A stretch of 64,000 nt of DNA from Mytilus edulis (taxonomy: Eukaryota), in contig NC_092344.1 of assembly GCF_963676685.1 (NCBI RefSeq), positions 74,152,001-74,216,000 of the forward strand. The letters are read 5' to 3'. This document shows, piece by piece, positions 1 to 12,800 of the stretch. Below the pieces are notes generated by a model. It had not been told where the DNA came from. It did not search any database and saw nothing but the letters and a program-made list of their open reading frames with translations. How positions within the stretch are numbered: position 1 is the first letter of the stretch; each line of letters starts with the position of its first letter. The translations under genes were made by a program, and so were the position numbers.

Positions 1-268
1 ATGTCAAATAAAACAGTTAAACTCACCAGGTTAAGACTTAACCTGAAAGCACAGCATAATTTCCCAAAATCTTATTCTAAACGCTTCTTGTATCGTTGGT
101 ATTCCTCTTGAAGTCTTCCAAAACATATAAAATTTAAATGCTTCGCCAATGACCCCAAAAAAAATACTCCCGACTTACCGCCTTCATTTATTAGTTTTGA
201 TTTTGTTCAACGTAATCTGTACGATTTTTATGTTTGAAGTTAGATTCAAAACAAACCGGACATATATA

Positions 269-748
269 TAAATAAAGGCAACAGTAGTATACCCCTGTTC
301 AAACTCATAAATCCATGGACAAAAAACAAAATCGGGGTAACAAACTAAAACTGAGGGAAACGCATAAATATAAGAGGAGAACAACGACACAACACTACAA
401 TGTAACACACACAGAAACGGACCAAGCATCAGACAAAATCCCACGAGAATAACAAATATAACATCAAAATCAGATGCATGAATTAGGGATAGACAAGTAC
501 CGTGACACGTCTTATCGCAATGTCAATTTACACCAATCAATTAGAGAAAACAAACGACGCAACTTTAAATTGTAACACACACAGAAACGAACTATAATAT
601 AACAATGGCCATATTCCTGACTTGGTACAGGACATCATTTTTAAAGGAAAAAATGGTGGGTTTAACCTGGTTTTGTGGCATGCCAAACCTCGCACTTTAA
701 TGGCAATGTTAAATATAACATTGAAATGACAACATGATATTACAGGAC
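269..748 (-). repeat. abundant interspersed repeat (tail ...tatactactgttgcctttattta); continues at 1555-1673
   Basis: Reverse complement of ~2325-2770; interrupted by the 749-1554 insertion. Confidence 0.85.
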
Positions 749-1554
749 CAGATTTCCTAGAGACTAAACAATTTGTATTTTTATGATTTGATACTATGCA
801 CGTCTTCCAACATAGGTAAAATATTTAGATATACACAAAACGTTCACAGTATTTATCAACAGGTGGACTGTTTACGAAAAAGCAAAATGTACGGAAACGT
901 CGCCATGCGACGTCATCAAAACGTCATCTTTTTAAAATCAGCAAATACAATATGTTACAAGTATCCATTTCGTAAAAAATGAAGAGTAAGCATGGACTTC
1001 AATTGTTCAGAATATTTAAGAAATTAAACAAAAGCTCGGTTTTCAGACTATTGCCGATGCGATTTTAAGCATGGATGCAATTTGGGTACTCCTCATTACA
1101 GAATCATTGATGGTTTGGAGGTTAGTTCAGACCAACTTTTCTATGATTCCAAATGAATTCAAAATTAAATTGGTGAAACCATATAGTAAATAATGATACA
1201 TCTACAAAATAAACACATACTGAAAACTTTTGTGTGAAGCATATAGTTATTTGGTTTTAACTAGACGTGTAAAAACGGCGAATATGTGTCCCCGTTGACA
1301 AAAAATCAGGAAATTTCAAACACCCTTTAATCCAACTTTTCAGATGATTTTTCTCAAAACAAACACGTTTTTAAACCAAGAATATTTTGCATTTGAAGTT
1401 ATATTCATATAGAAATATCAGTACACTTCAAAAACATAAAGACCTGAACATTAACTGAAGAAAACATGGAAAGATATGGCGAAAATGAGCACCCCAATCT
1501 ATAAACGTAGGTTAAAAAACTGTCAAAATAGGTGCAATTTGGGTACCCTCACGT
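749..1554. mobile_element. nested insertion, probably a DNA transposon fragment
   Basis: Splits the host repeat consensus tacaggac|tacaatacaaataaat; motif gatgcaatttgggtac at ~1074 recurs as ggtgcaatttgggtac at ~1531; class unresolved. Confidence 0.55.
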
Positions 1555-1974
1555 TACAATACAAATAAATAGGAGAACGTATTAGACAAAGAAACACATG
1601 ATTAATGAATAACAAAAAGCATCGGGTTTAAAATTTAAAACGCCAAAAACGCGCCTCGTCCACACAAGACTCATATGTATAATATAGTTAATTGCTGATT
1701 AGTGTTGCAATGTGCATTGTGTTTAAATGTAATATCAGTATTTAGTTCTATTATAACCTTAATTCAATCCTATTTCTATCTTATTTTTTAGAAATAATTT
1801 TTCAAATATGCTGTCTCAGAAATTCAAATGTTTGCATGACGTAATATTGTACCTTTCCAACACTTCGATGTGACGTCATGGTTATGACTTTTTGCGTTCA
1901 GGCCTGGTTTGTCACCGAGTCGGGTGTGTTTATTTTCTGTAGACGTCTTCAATGCATTATGTATTATGGTTTTG

Positions 1975-2770
1975 TTTTCTGTAATTAGTTAACGTCAGTT
2001 TGATCATGTAAATCTTTTATATTCATTTGATAAAATTTACTGTTTGCAATAGCATAAATTGTTCTATATAATAAGGATGTTCTTATCACAAGCATAAAAA
2101 CCCTAGCCGTATTTGGCACAACCTTTTTCAACTTTTGATCCTCAGAGCTGTACAACTTTGTCCCCCTTGTTTTGACTTTCGAACTTTTATATCTGGGCGT
2201 CAATGGTAAGTCTTGTTTGGACGAGGCGCGTTTTTGACGTAATGAATTTTAAACCTGATGCCTTTTGTTATCTATTATTCATGTGCTTCTATGCCTAATA
2301 CGTTCTGCTATTTATTTGTATTGTAGTCCTGTATTATTATGTTGTCATTTTAATGTTATATTTAACGGTGCCATCAAAGTGCGAGGTTTGGCATGCCACA
2401 AGACCAGGTTCAACCCACCATTTTTTTCGTTAAAAATGTCCTGTACCAAGTCAGGAAAATGGCCATTGTTATATCATAGTTCGTTTCTGTGTGTGTAACA
2501 TTTTTACGTTGTGTCGTTTGTTTTCTCCTATTTTTGAGTGTGAATTCACATTACTATAAGACGTGTCACGGTACTTTTCTATCCCAAATTCATGTATTTG
2601 GTTTTGATGTTATATTGGTTATTCTCATCGGATGTTGTTTAATGTTTTGTCGTTGTTCTCCTCTAATATTGAATGCGTTTCCCTCAGTTTTAGTTTGTTA
2701 CCCCGATTTTGTTTTTTGTCCATAGATTTATGAGTTTTGAACAGCGGTATACTACTGTTGCCTTTATTTA
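1975..2770 (+). repeat. long composite repeat with dead hammerhead remnant (2196-2240)
   Basis: Similar to 3590-4358, 269-748 rc and 32589-32882 rc; 5' part resembles retrozyme family A. Confidence 0.8.
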
Positions 2771-3589
2771 GGCAGGCGCATATAAATTTGACCGAGCTCG
2801 AGGAGGGTGTTAAAATGAGATTTGTAGGATCAGAATCGCCCCTAGCCAAGCTTATCATGTATCAGTCAAAGGACAAAATCTTAAATTGAGAAATTTTCAG
2901 AGGAAATCAACTGTTTTTTAAGGATTTTAATATATGCTTATTTAGCTGCTTGTTTTGTTTTTATAATCCATCATATTATAATAAGATACACGTACATCAT
3001 TCATAGAATTCGTCTTATTAAGTTTACTTTTATTATGAACACATTTTTATGAAACTTTTTTCACGGAAGGTTGAAATTAAAAATGGTAAAACACGTTGCA
3101 CGAAAAAAACCTTTACCACCCTCTTTGGGTATACTGATCCTCTAATCAGAGCGACACTAATATCAAGGAGCTTAGACATTTATTATGAATTTTGGTTAGC
3201 ATTTCATTCGCGTACAGTGGATATTAAATATGGCACTGGCTACGGTTACTTTAAAAAAAAAAAAACGAGCAGAAAATAACAATAAGATCTGGATCTACTC
3301 TGTTTCTAGATGCGATTCTGATTGAAGTATAATGAAAATGGCACTTTAATCTGTCCAAGGTACAGTTTTTTTTATCAATCCCGTTATATTTCAACATAAA
3401 AATCCCGATTTCCCATGGCTAAAAACGTGGTCTGCCCCCCACCCCCTTATAATATGTATAAATGTCAGAAATAGAGGTAGATCTACAGCAGTCAACGTTG
3501 TGTTATTATCTTAATCACTATAAAAACATTGATAACTATATTCAGTATGTGCGTACCTAAAAGTGTCAGAAAGTAAACATATTATTTTA

Positions 3590-4358
3590 TAAAATTTATA
3601 AAATTTACTGTTTGCAAAAGTATAAATTATTCTAAATAGTAGGGTTGTTCTGGTCCCATACAGAAAACCCTGGCCGTTTTGGCACAACTTTTTCTAACTT
3701 TTTGTCCTCGATGCTGTTCAACTTTGTACTTGTTTTGGCTTTCAAACTTTTGTATCTGGGCGTCACTAGGAAGTCTTGAGTGAACAAAACGCACTTCTGG
3801 CGTATTGAAATTTAAACCTGGTACCTTTTGTTAGCTCTTATTCGTGTTTCTTTGTCAAATATGTTCTCCTATTTATTTGTATAGTAGTCCTGTAATCTGG
3901 TGTTGTCATTTTTATGTTATATTTAACATGGAAATTAAAGAGGGATGTTTGGCATGCCCCAAAACCAGGTTCAACCCACCATTTTTTTCTTTAAAAAATC
4001 TCCTGTACCAAGTAAGGAATATGGTTATTGTTATATTATAGTTCGTTTTGAACAGTGTGTGTTACATTTTAACGTTGTTTCTTTCCTCTTATATTTGAGT
4101 GTGAATTCACATGATTATAAGACGTGTCTTTGTAATTTTCTATCCCAAATTCATGTATTTAGTTTTGTTGTTATATTTGTTATTCTCATCGGATTTTGTC
4201 TAATGCTTAGTTTGTTTCCGTGCGTGGCGTGTTACATTTTAATGGTGTGTCGTCATTCTCCTCTTATTTATAATGCGTTTCTCTCGGTTTTGGTTTGTGA
4301 CACGGATTTTTTTCTATCGATTTATGAGTTTTGAACCTCAGTATACTTCTGTGGCTTT
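3590..4358 (+). repeat. related composite repeat with dead hammerhead remnant (3759-3803)
   Basis: Colinear with ~2030-2765. Confidence 0.8.
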
Positions 4359-4771
4359 GCGTATATATAAAATTTAGTCTTGGTATCTATGATGAGTTTA
4401 TTTACAACCACTTGGTCGATGCCACTGCTGGTGGAGATTTATTTCCCCGAGGGTATCACAAGCCCAGGAGTCGGCACTTTTTGTGCTGACATGAATTATC
4501 ATTGATATTGTTATATTTATAAATTAACTGTTTACAAAATTTTGAATTTTTTGAAATACTAAGGCTTTTCTACCTCAGGAATAGATAACCCTAGCTGTAT
4601 TTGGCAACACTTTTAGGAATTTTGGATCTCAATGCTCTTCAACTTCGTACTTTATTTGGTTTTTTTAAAACTTTTTTTGATTCGAGCGTCACTGATGAGT
4701 CTTTTGTAGACGAAACGCGCGTCTGGCGTATATATAAAATTTAGTCTTGGTATCTATGATGAGTTTATTTA
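4359..4771 (+). mobile_element. retrozyme-like element family A, 368-bp unit plus terminal direct repeat
   Basis: gcgtatatataaaatttagtcttggtatctatgatgagtttattta at 4359 and 4727 (period 368); intact hammerhead at 4686-4729. Confidence 0.85.
4686..4729 (+). ncRNA. minimal type I hammerhead ribozyme (family A), intact core
   Basis: GCGTCA-CTGATGA-GTCT(TTTGT)AGAC-GAAA-CGCGCG-TC^TGGCGT: stem I GCGTCA/TGGCGT, stem II GTCT/AGAC, palindromic stem III, GUC cleavage after 4723. Confidence 0.9.
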
Positions 4772-5217
4772 CATTACCCTGACACAATGACGGGATGTAT
4801 GTAAGTAGTGTCACGTCACATGCAAGAAAGAAACACCAAAAGACACAAAGACAAAGCATATTAGCTAATTAAGAAAACGAAAATACCATCGAGCTTTAAT
4901 TTAACACAATGACGGGATGTATAAGTACAGAGCCACGTCAAATTCTTAAGCTCTTAAAGATCAGACGACAGTAAGTTAATTCTTAAATGACCACAAAGGA
5001 TCCTTTAACACGTTATTCAGATGTTATACACCTGTCTACATATAGTTTAATACTGCATTTTCCAAGTGAAATTAGCAACACTCGTTTCATATATGTATGC
5101 AATGCCATCTTGTGTAGACGGCTCTATAGATTCTTTTATATTTAACATGTTTTACGTTATCATCAAAAGGCAATTAACAAAATGATAACTACCACTCAAA
5201 CAACATCTGTATCTTCT

Positions 5218-5440
5218 AATAAAATTGAGAATGGAAATGGGGAATGTGTCAAAGAGACAACAACCCGCCCAAATAAAAAACAACAGCAGAGGGTCACCAA
5301 CAGGTCTTCAATGTAGCGAGAAATTCCTGCACCAGGAGGCGTCCTTCAGCTGGCCCCTAAACAAATATATACTAGTCCAGTGATAATGAACGCCATACTA
5401 ATTTCCAAATTGTACACAAGAAACTAAAATTAAAATAATA
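5218..5440 (-). repeat. short interspersed repeat (aataaaattgagaatggaaatggggaatgtgtc family)
   Basis: Other copies at 20957-21147 and, inverted, at 20398-20473; strand inferred from the T-rich tail. Confidence 0.8.
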
Positions 5441-7424
5441 TTCTGTATTTTTTAATGATTATTAATTAAAGATCATGTTCATTGAAAAAGTTTAACAAAT
5501 CAAGGCTTACAAATCCTGATAAAATTTATACAACTACCAATTGACAAAAGAGACATTTCAACAAACGTGGCTGTGTAGTTATAAATCCATAACTATAAAA
5601 GTAAATAAGTTGAAACGTCAACAATATTATATAATGTCGTTGCAATGATATTGAATACGCAGACACCTGCATCGATCACACTATTTTCACTTGGTGCACT
5701 ATTAGTATTTATCCATTAAAAGCATCCTAAGCAATTTAGTGTGTTAGTGAGAGCACTGTTTTTAAGTAATCTTCATTATATACATGCATGAAATAAGTGC
5801 GTATGTTAACGTTGTACATTCCCTCTGAATGAATGAATGGTGTCTAATTTGAGTAAATGAGTTAAACCTCAACTGATTATCCAGCATCGTTGTATTGAGG
5901 ACTAAAAAAAAATAAGAAATAAAACAGTTAAATATGTATAGGTTTCATAAGCCAAAGTACTTATTTGGCGAATATTTTTGGGGGTGTATTTAGATCTGCC
6001 CTCGATTTTTGGGTGTATTTTCACTAATTGTATCTAAATAGTTTTAATACTGAATTTTCCAAGTGGAAGCATCAACACGTGCAATGGTTTTAGAGTAAAT
6101 ACGACACAATAGGAACAGTCTGATTTTGAAAATTAAATTGGAATTTTAAATGTATTTCCTTGTGATGTAGAACGTGGCTGATATTGATTGGATCAATTCC
6201 TTTATTGGTAAACTGAACATGAAGATATTTCCTATTTTCCTCCTGTAAAGGTTCCGATTTTGTGTCTCTATTTTACATCTATTAAGTTGATATTTAGTAT
6301 TTTCTGTTCTACATCGATGTAGACAGTTGGGTATTTTATTTCGATTGCTATATTACATTCTGTACTATGAATGTGCTTTGATATCTGATAAGAAATAAAC
6401 TCGATCACAGATACCAGGATTAAAATTTAATATATACGCCAAGATTCTTCTAAATGTTTAAATCGTAATAATCATTTAAACATTACCCATTTCAGCTATA
6501 GCTCAGATTCTTCTTATTTCAGTCCCGATCATACTGGTTACCTTTCCTGAAAAGTATAAATTAAATAAGGCGTTCTGTTGTGAACTTACTTATTTAAAGA
6601 ACAAACGGGTCCGAGCGGGTAAAATCATACATGGGCTTCACAACAAGTATTTGTCTCATTTAACAATTACCACAACTTTATACGGCAGTTACGTTTTTAT
6701 GCAAACAACATGTAAAAGTACAATACTTTATTATAAATACACAATAAATATACAACACAGTTTATTCAAACAGGAATACGCGAATAAATAATGATAAATG
6801 AACAACCAACGTTAATGTGTTTGAATTGCCGATCGCGAAATATTTAACAGGGGGAAACTACGATCTATAAATAGGGCAAAGTATATATGTAGAACCTGAT
6901 GCGGAGATCAGTAAAATACTATAGTTTGTAAAATGTATGCTGTTTACCTTTTATAAAATATGTAACAATTTTAAATACCATAAATCTTCTTATTCTTCAA
7001 CGTGTACAACAGCTTCACTCTTCAAAACCATATAAACAATGGGGAAGTGAAAGTACGGGAATAAATATAACGTTACGTCGTGTAAATTGTACTTTCACAA
7101 CACGTTCTTAACATTTAACTTGTTTTAGCGTAATGTCTGCTAGTTTAATAAGTTGTCTTTCAGGTGAAACAATGGCTGGAAGGTGTCTTGATATTTTTAT
7201 TTCCCAATGTGCCATTATAGTTATGTCTACTAAAAATTCACTTCTCCGTTAAAAAACCAGTATCTTTAAGGGCTTAGGTCTTTTATTTTTACGGATGACG
7301 GTCTATGTTTCCACTGAAAATTGTCTTTTAAAGCAACCGTCATGTGATGTTCAAGCCTTGATGTCTTTTGCTCAACCCTAAAGCAGTAAAATTTCGTTAA
7401 TTTAGCTCCCATAATTTTAAACTG

Positions 7425-7733
7425 CTGACTTGTGTAGCAGGATCTGCTTACCCTTCCGAAGCAGTCCTGAGATCACCCCTAGTTTTTGATGGGGTTCGTG
7501 TTGTGTCATGTGTACTATTGTTTGTCTTTCTTCATTTTTAGTCATACTCCTTCAGCAGAGGTTACTGATGAAAGTTTATCATCAGATTGTGAGCTTTCGT
7601 ACTCAAACTGGTTTATAGTTGCATCAGTTAGGCGAGAAAACATCGATGTAACTGATGCATCACAAATCTCATGATTCGCAGTTTATTTTCGATTTGAGTT
7701 TGACTGTCCCTCTGGTATCTTTCGTCCCTCTTT
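7425..7733 (+). repeat. retroelement 3'-tail repeat (caggatctgcttacccttcc...gagatcacccctag) with ~130-bp internal insert
   Basis: Second diverged copy at ~56020-56240 lacks the insert. Confidence 0.65.
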
Positions 7734-7896
7734 CGCAATGATGTGCACATCAAATGTTGGACGTCTCCAAAAATGTTAGTTTAACGTTGAAGAATGAACA
7801 TCGCCCGCCTACAATTCTTTGACGTGTTTACTAAGAATTTGATGCTTCTGCTTTTCCTTTTTTAAATAACATTTTTTTATTAGGTTTGCATATAAC

Positions 7897-8226
7897 AATA
7901 AAGTTAACTGTACCAATTTTCTTGCATCTAATGCGCATTTCGACAATACAAATCTCTTCAGTGATGCTCGTTGAAATATTTTTTAAAAATATTTGAAATC
8001 CAAAGCTGATATAAAAGATGAAGAGCTATAATCCAACAGGTCAAAAAAGTATAGCCAACTCCGTGAAAGGAATCAGAGCGTAACATGAGGGAGATACATT
8101 CCTTAATTTATAATAATTTCTATAATTTTGTAATGGCTAGTTTTAATAACACAAAAAAATCCGTATTTCAATGCCAGTACCGAAGTACTGGCTACTGGGC
8201 TGGTGATCCCCTCGGGGACTAATAGT
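7897..8226 (-). mobile_element. retrozyme-like element family B, degenerate hammerhead at 7924-7967
   Basis: Colinear with 23349-23667; stems I and II of the ribozyme are mutated. Confidence 0.8.
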
Positions 8227-8441
8227 AACAAGGAATCAGACACAAGTTAACACAACTTAGATAGTCCTCTTCTCAATGCAATAAGTTATCATCTATAACG
8301 TCTTTCAGTCCGTCCCATTTACGTATAAGCAAGCTTGAACGGGTACATTTGTGTCCTGCGCCAAATTCCTATTTTATTTGAACATACCTAAGATAATTGC
8401 AATTCAGTTATAATAAAAAAAAAATAGTTATGCCTGATACC

Positions 8442-9166
8442 ATAGTGATAGTTATTAACTTAATTCAGTTTTCTTTATTCTCTCTTTTCTACTACGGATT
8501 TTACTTTCGGTTGGCGTTGTTGTAATTGTAGGTCTGTTTAAATATGGCTTCCTTCGTATTTGTTTGAAAGAGCGGTTAGACTGGTTAGACAACCTGTCTT
8601 GTATGGTCTGGTGGCGACCCTGCACCCTCTCGAATTGTCTGAAATGCCCACGCTGGTAAGCAATGTCGGTGGAGAGGGTTTGAATTGCCTTTGTGTTGTG
8701 GGTAATTTCTTTCAGTAACAATTCCTGGATGGTGGTAAAAGAAGATAGGGCGGTCAAGATCTGCTGGTTCAAATTATGTGTTGGAAGTTGGGCCAAAGAA
8801 GGTGGAGGAGTCTGCACTGGTTGAGGTTTTTGAGTAGAGGTTAGAGGTACCTCAGACCCAAAAATCTGTGGTAGGATGTATTCAGCATCCTCATCCTGTA
8901 TCAAATCTGATCAAAGATGTACTGGACGGTAGGTGATATTCCCGGAGAGTAGGGATCTTGATCAGGACTTGACGTACATGCAGTGGACATAGGTGTTTCT
9001 GGTCTCATGGAAGATTCTTGATAGGTCCTGGGTGCCTAGGTAGGCACAGTGGACATGGTGGAGTATACATGTGGGTTGGCAGAAGTTATAGGTGGTACAG
9101 ATGATGATGTAGGTGTCTCTAACGACAAGTAGTGAGAAATAGCTGCTGAGATGGTATTAGAATGGT
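8442..9166 (-). pseudogene. orphan S/T/P-rich plus coiled-coil ORF, copy 1 (frameshifted)
   Basis: ORF 8455..8904 is homologous to ORF 17362..17901; GC well above background. Confidence 0.6.
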
Positions 9167-9851
9167 GCTGGACTCCAATGGCATGACCTGATTAGCTGCC
9201 AGTCCCATTGTCGCGGCAGGGACGTCAACAAAGGAAGATGGTACTGCAGGGCGGCGTAGAAAGGCTGCACCCACACAATCCGGGGGTCCCAACCTAGACT
9301 GCAGGGATGGCTGTGATGTAGCAACAGCAACATGGTAGCTGTTGCCAGTAGGGTAAGGGTGAGTAGCTGGTAAACCTGACACCGAGGATACCAAAATCTG
9401 GGAGAAGACTTTATAAGTTTGATTAACTTGTGTCTCATCCCTTTTGCACATTTACGCAAATAAAATATGTTTAAACTAAACTAAAACTAACTAAACCAAA
9501 ATCTGTAGCGAGCCAGGGGTGACTAACCCAACAGAAAACAAAATGTAATCTCTAAATTCCAACCACTTGGAAAAGTATAAACTCAAGACTATATGACTAT
9601 TTCTGACAGACTGAATATTCTATGACTAAAGTATAGGTTCTCCTGTTTTGATAAAAATCCGGACAATCAGATTATGATATCCTGGTGAAAAGAACACCAA
9701 ACAAGTTTTGAAGTTTCCATATTGTTATATACTATAGGTCATGAACTCCTCATCAAATATGTATTTCACAATACATTATAAGTATACAGTAATTACATAA
9801 TAATAAAATTTCTAGCACCTATCTAATAAAATCAACGGTACCAATTTTGTT

Positions 9852-9895
9852 GCACCAGATGCGCATTTCGACAAAATATGTCTCTTCAGTGATGC
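9852..9895 (-). ncRNA. minimal type I hammerhead ribozyme (family B), intact core
   Basis: Minus strand GCATCA-CTGAAGA-GACA(TATTT)TGTC-GAAA-TGCGCA-TC^TGGTGC, inside a truncated copy (~9824-9935). Confidence 0.88.
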
Positions 9896-12800
9896 TCGTG
9901 GCCAAAATATTTGAAATCCAAAGCTTATATAAATATCTAAACCTCCCTAAACCAGTCTCAGAGTTCCCAATAAAAATGTAGGAACTCTAAATCTTTTGAC
10001 AATTTATCAATTCTAAAAAGGTACAAATGGATTATTAAATGTGTTGAAATTCATGAAAAAAATAGGAGGTTGTAATCTAGTTCCATATAATACTGTTGGT
10101 ACTACTATATAAGAATTTGTACTGATATATACGTGAACTTTTACATGTTTGAGTCTTGCTATATAAATTACTTATTTAACTAACATTTCTATAACTATAA
10201 AGTTTAACAATTTGAGCAGAAGTTAACCAGAAACCTTTTCTGATTTAGATAAATAAGTTTAGGAAACTGATTCCTTATCAGTTCAAAATAAGTTTAAATA
10301 ACTATCAGGTCCTTTCTGATATAAATACAAAAATGTTGTTTAAAGAAATACAGTCAAGTCCTTACTTAGACAGTATTCCATAAAATCAAGGCAACTGCCA
10401 GGTCCTTCCTTAAACAGTACATATTTTAAGATAACAGTTAGATCCTTTCTAACTGTTATCGAATGTAAATACGGTTTCCAAACCTTATGGAAACCATAAT
10501 CCCTAATTCCAAAGATTGCCTATTTATTCCTATTTAAAGTATTGTTTTAAAATTTACAAACATCAAATAACTATAATGACTAAAGCATTGCCTGCAAAAT
10601 CCGCAAAATTAACTAAAAGGTTTGAAAGTATTTGCTACAGTTTCTTAAATTTAACTTAACATGGCTGATGAGAACAAAAGATTAAAATCTTAGGAGCCCG
10701 GTTCATAAAAGTCCGCTAAAACTAGGTTTAACTTTACAAAAACTAAAAAGACATTGTTTTTACCTTTCTATATTAAATAACTGTAGTATCCGGAGGGTTA
10801 GTTTTAGGTCATCAGACAGACCATCTAGAGATGTCCGAAGAACTTCACAGAAACCATCCTCTTCCGGTTGAAACTTAATGGCTATACAGCAGACGAATTC
10901 ACTAGAAGAGCAATCGGCCGTTCCTGACTGCAGGAACGACCATCCAAGGTATATATTGATCTTGTATATACTCGGGATCACAACATAACTATAAATTAAG
11001 TTAAAGTAAATTTGGAAGTTTTGTCTAAAATTAACGTGAATCAAAAATCTGCCTAAACAAGCCAAAGTTTTCAGCAAAACTAACGTTTTAGCGTTTTTTT
11101 ACGTCACCGTTGGATTTGTGGGAAGTTGGATGTTGGAACGTAGGAAATTCCCACGGAAGTTAGATTTAAAGAAAATATTTATTTATAAAATAAAATATAT
11201 TTCTCATCTTATTTGTATATAAGAGCTTCTACTGTGTTGTTTAATTCAATTCTCCTTGGCAACAATAAATAAAGTTACAACTGCGTCACCGAAAGTAGCG
11301 GCTTGTCTGTGAGAACAAAACATCTGTGTGTTAACGGCTGACAAAATTACAGAATTCGCCGCTAAAACAACTTGACAGCTTATAAAAACTATGTTAATAC
11401 TTTATTTACATGCGAAATGCCGGTGAGTACAACTGTGAAAGCGTAAAATTAAAAATCGAACTAATAGTGATAGTTATTACAATGATTGAAAAGGAAATAC
11501 AAACTTCAAAATGGGATTGGTATCTAATCGGGAGATATTGTTCCATGTTTACCAAGTGCGAACATTAAGCTGAATTAAAGGTGGGGCATGTCGATTGTTA
11601 TGAGATTATAATATCAATACTACTATTTTACCAAACGATGCGTATCACTTAAAAGGTTACAAAATATTCTTAGCAATAGTATGAAACATAGTTTTGTATA
11701 TTGCGAATTTATATGGCCAAATACAAAGTGTTATCCTTAATATATACATACTCTTCCTAAATATTAAATAGCAAATAATAAATTTAATATATGGATTAAA
11801 ATATTTGCCTTGTCTATTATTATATGTCAACATATTTAATAAACTTCGCATTCGAATTGTCTACTGTCTACATATTTGACAAACATTTCCTTTCACCTGG
11901 TCTATTGCCTAAAACTCTAAACGGAAAGTCCCTAATAAAATGATGAAAAAAGCCCTAAACACATCAAACAACTGTAGATCTATATTATTGAATTGGTGCA
12001 GTGATTTTCTAACATAGGAAATGGTGGATTTAACTTAGTTGTATAGCTAGCTGAAACTCATTTGTATGGCAGTCGCAAACAATTCCATTTATTGACAACG
12101 GTGTATGAACAAAGCAAACAGACCAAATAGGTACAATAGCCAACATTGTTATAATCTTAATCAATATAAAATCAAATAAATGTGTCAACTAAAAAGCATA
12201 TTTATTGGGTAAAAAATGAAAGACAAAAATACACAAATATTTAATTTAGCACAGTAATGGGATGTAAAAGTACCGAGCCACATCAAATTATATTATAAAA
12301 AACATGGCCAAATAGTAACAGTTATAATCAAAAATACTATATCACGTTCTGTTATGAAAAATGAAAAGCAACGGCAGTATCTATAATCTGTACTAAGACC
12401 ATTGTGCATTATTAGTGATGTAGATTCAATTACTTGTAAACATAAATTTCGGATATGAGATCATGGTAAGATGTATCAACCATAATAACTGCGCCAAGTC
12501 AGAAATATAATACTTGTTTACTTCGCGTAATGTGTTTGGGATATTGATGTTGCCAGAGAGTTCGGTAATTTTGTTATTTGGTGAATTTTACCACCTTCCA
12601 TTTTCTTTGAATCGTTATAAAATAGGGATAGGTTTTCAAAGTTCTTCTCTACTGTTAACTAGAAAATCAAACTTATGTACCGTATCTATTGCACACTCAT
12701 TCAAGCGTATAAAAGTAACGAAAGTTTTGTAGCCTGCACCAACTGCTTGGTGCTATTGGGGTCTTTGTTTTTAAATACTTTCAATGATCCAACAAGTGCA

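Noticed and set aside
184-4334. Hydrophobic Cys/Phe-rich ORFs (184..444, 2265..2725, 3844..4334; also 32574..32849 and 45159..45574)
   Set aside because: Incidental translations of T-rich repeats; frames are not conserved between copies
4409-4468. Interpretation of the shared pseudoknot as an HDV-like or twister ribozyme
   Set aside because: Lacks the P1.1/P4/J4-2 catalytic C arrangement of HDV-like ribozymes and the twister consensus loops; kept only as an unassigned structure
7566-7586. CTGATGA suggesting another hammerhead
   Set aside because: No stem II followed by GAAA and no stem I/III arrangement; simple hairpin
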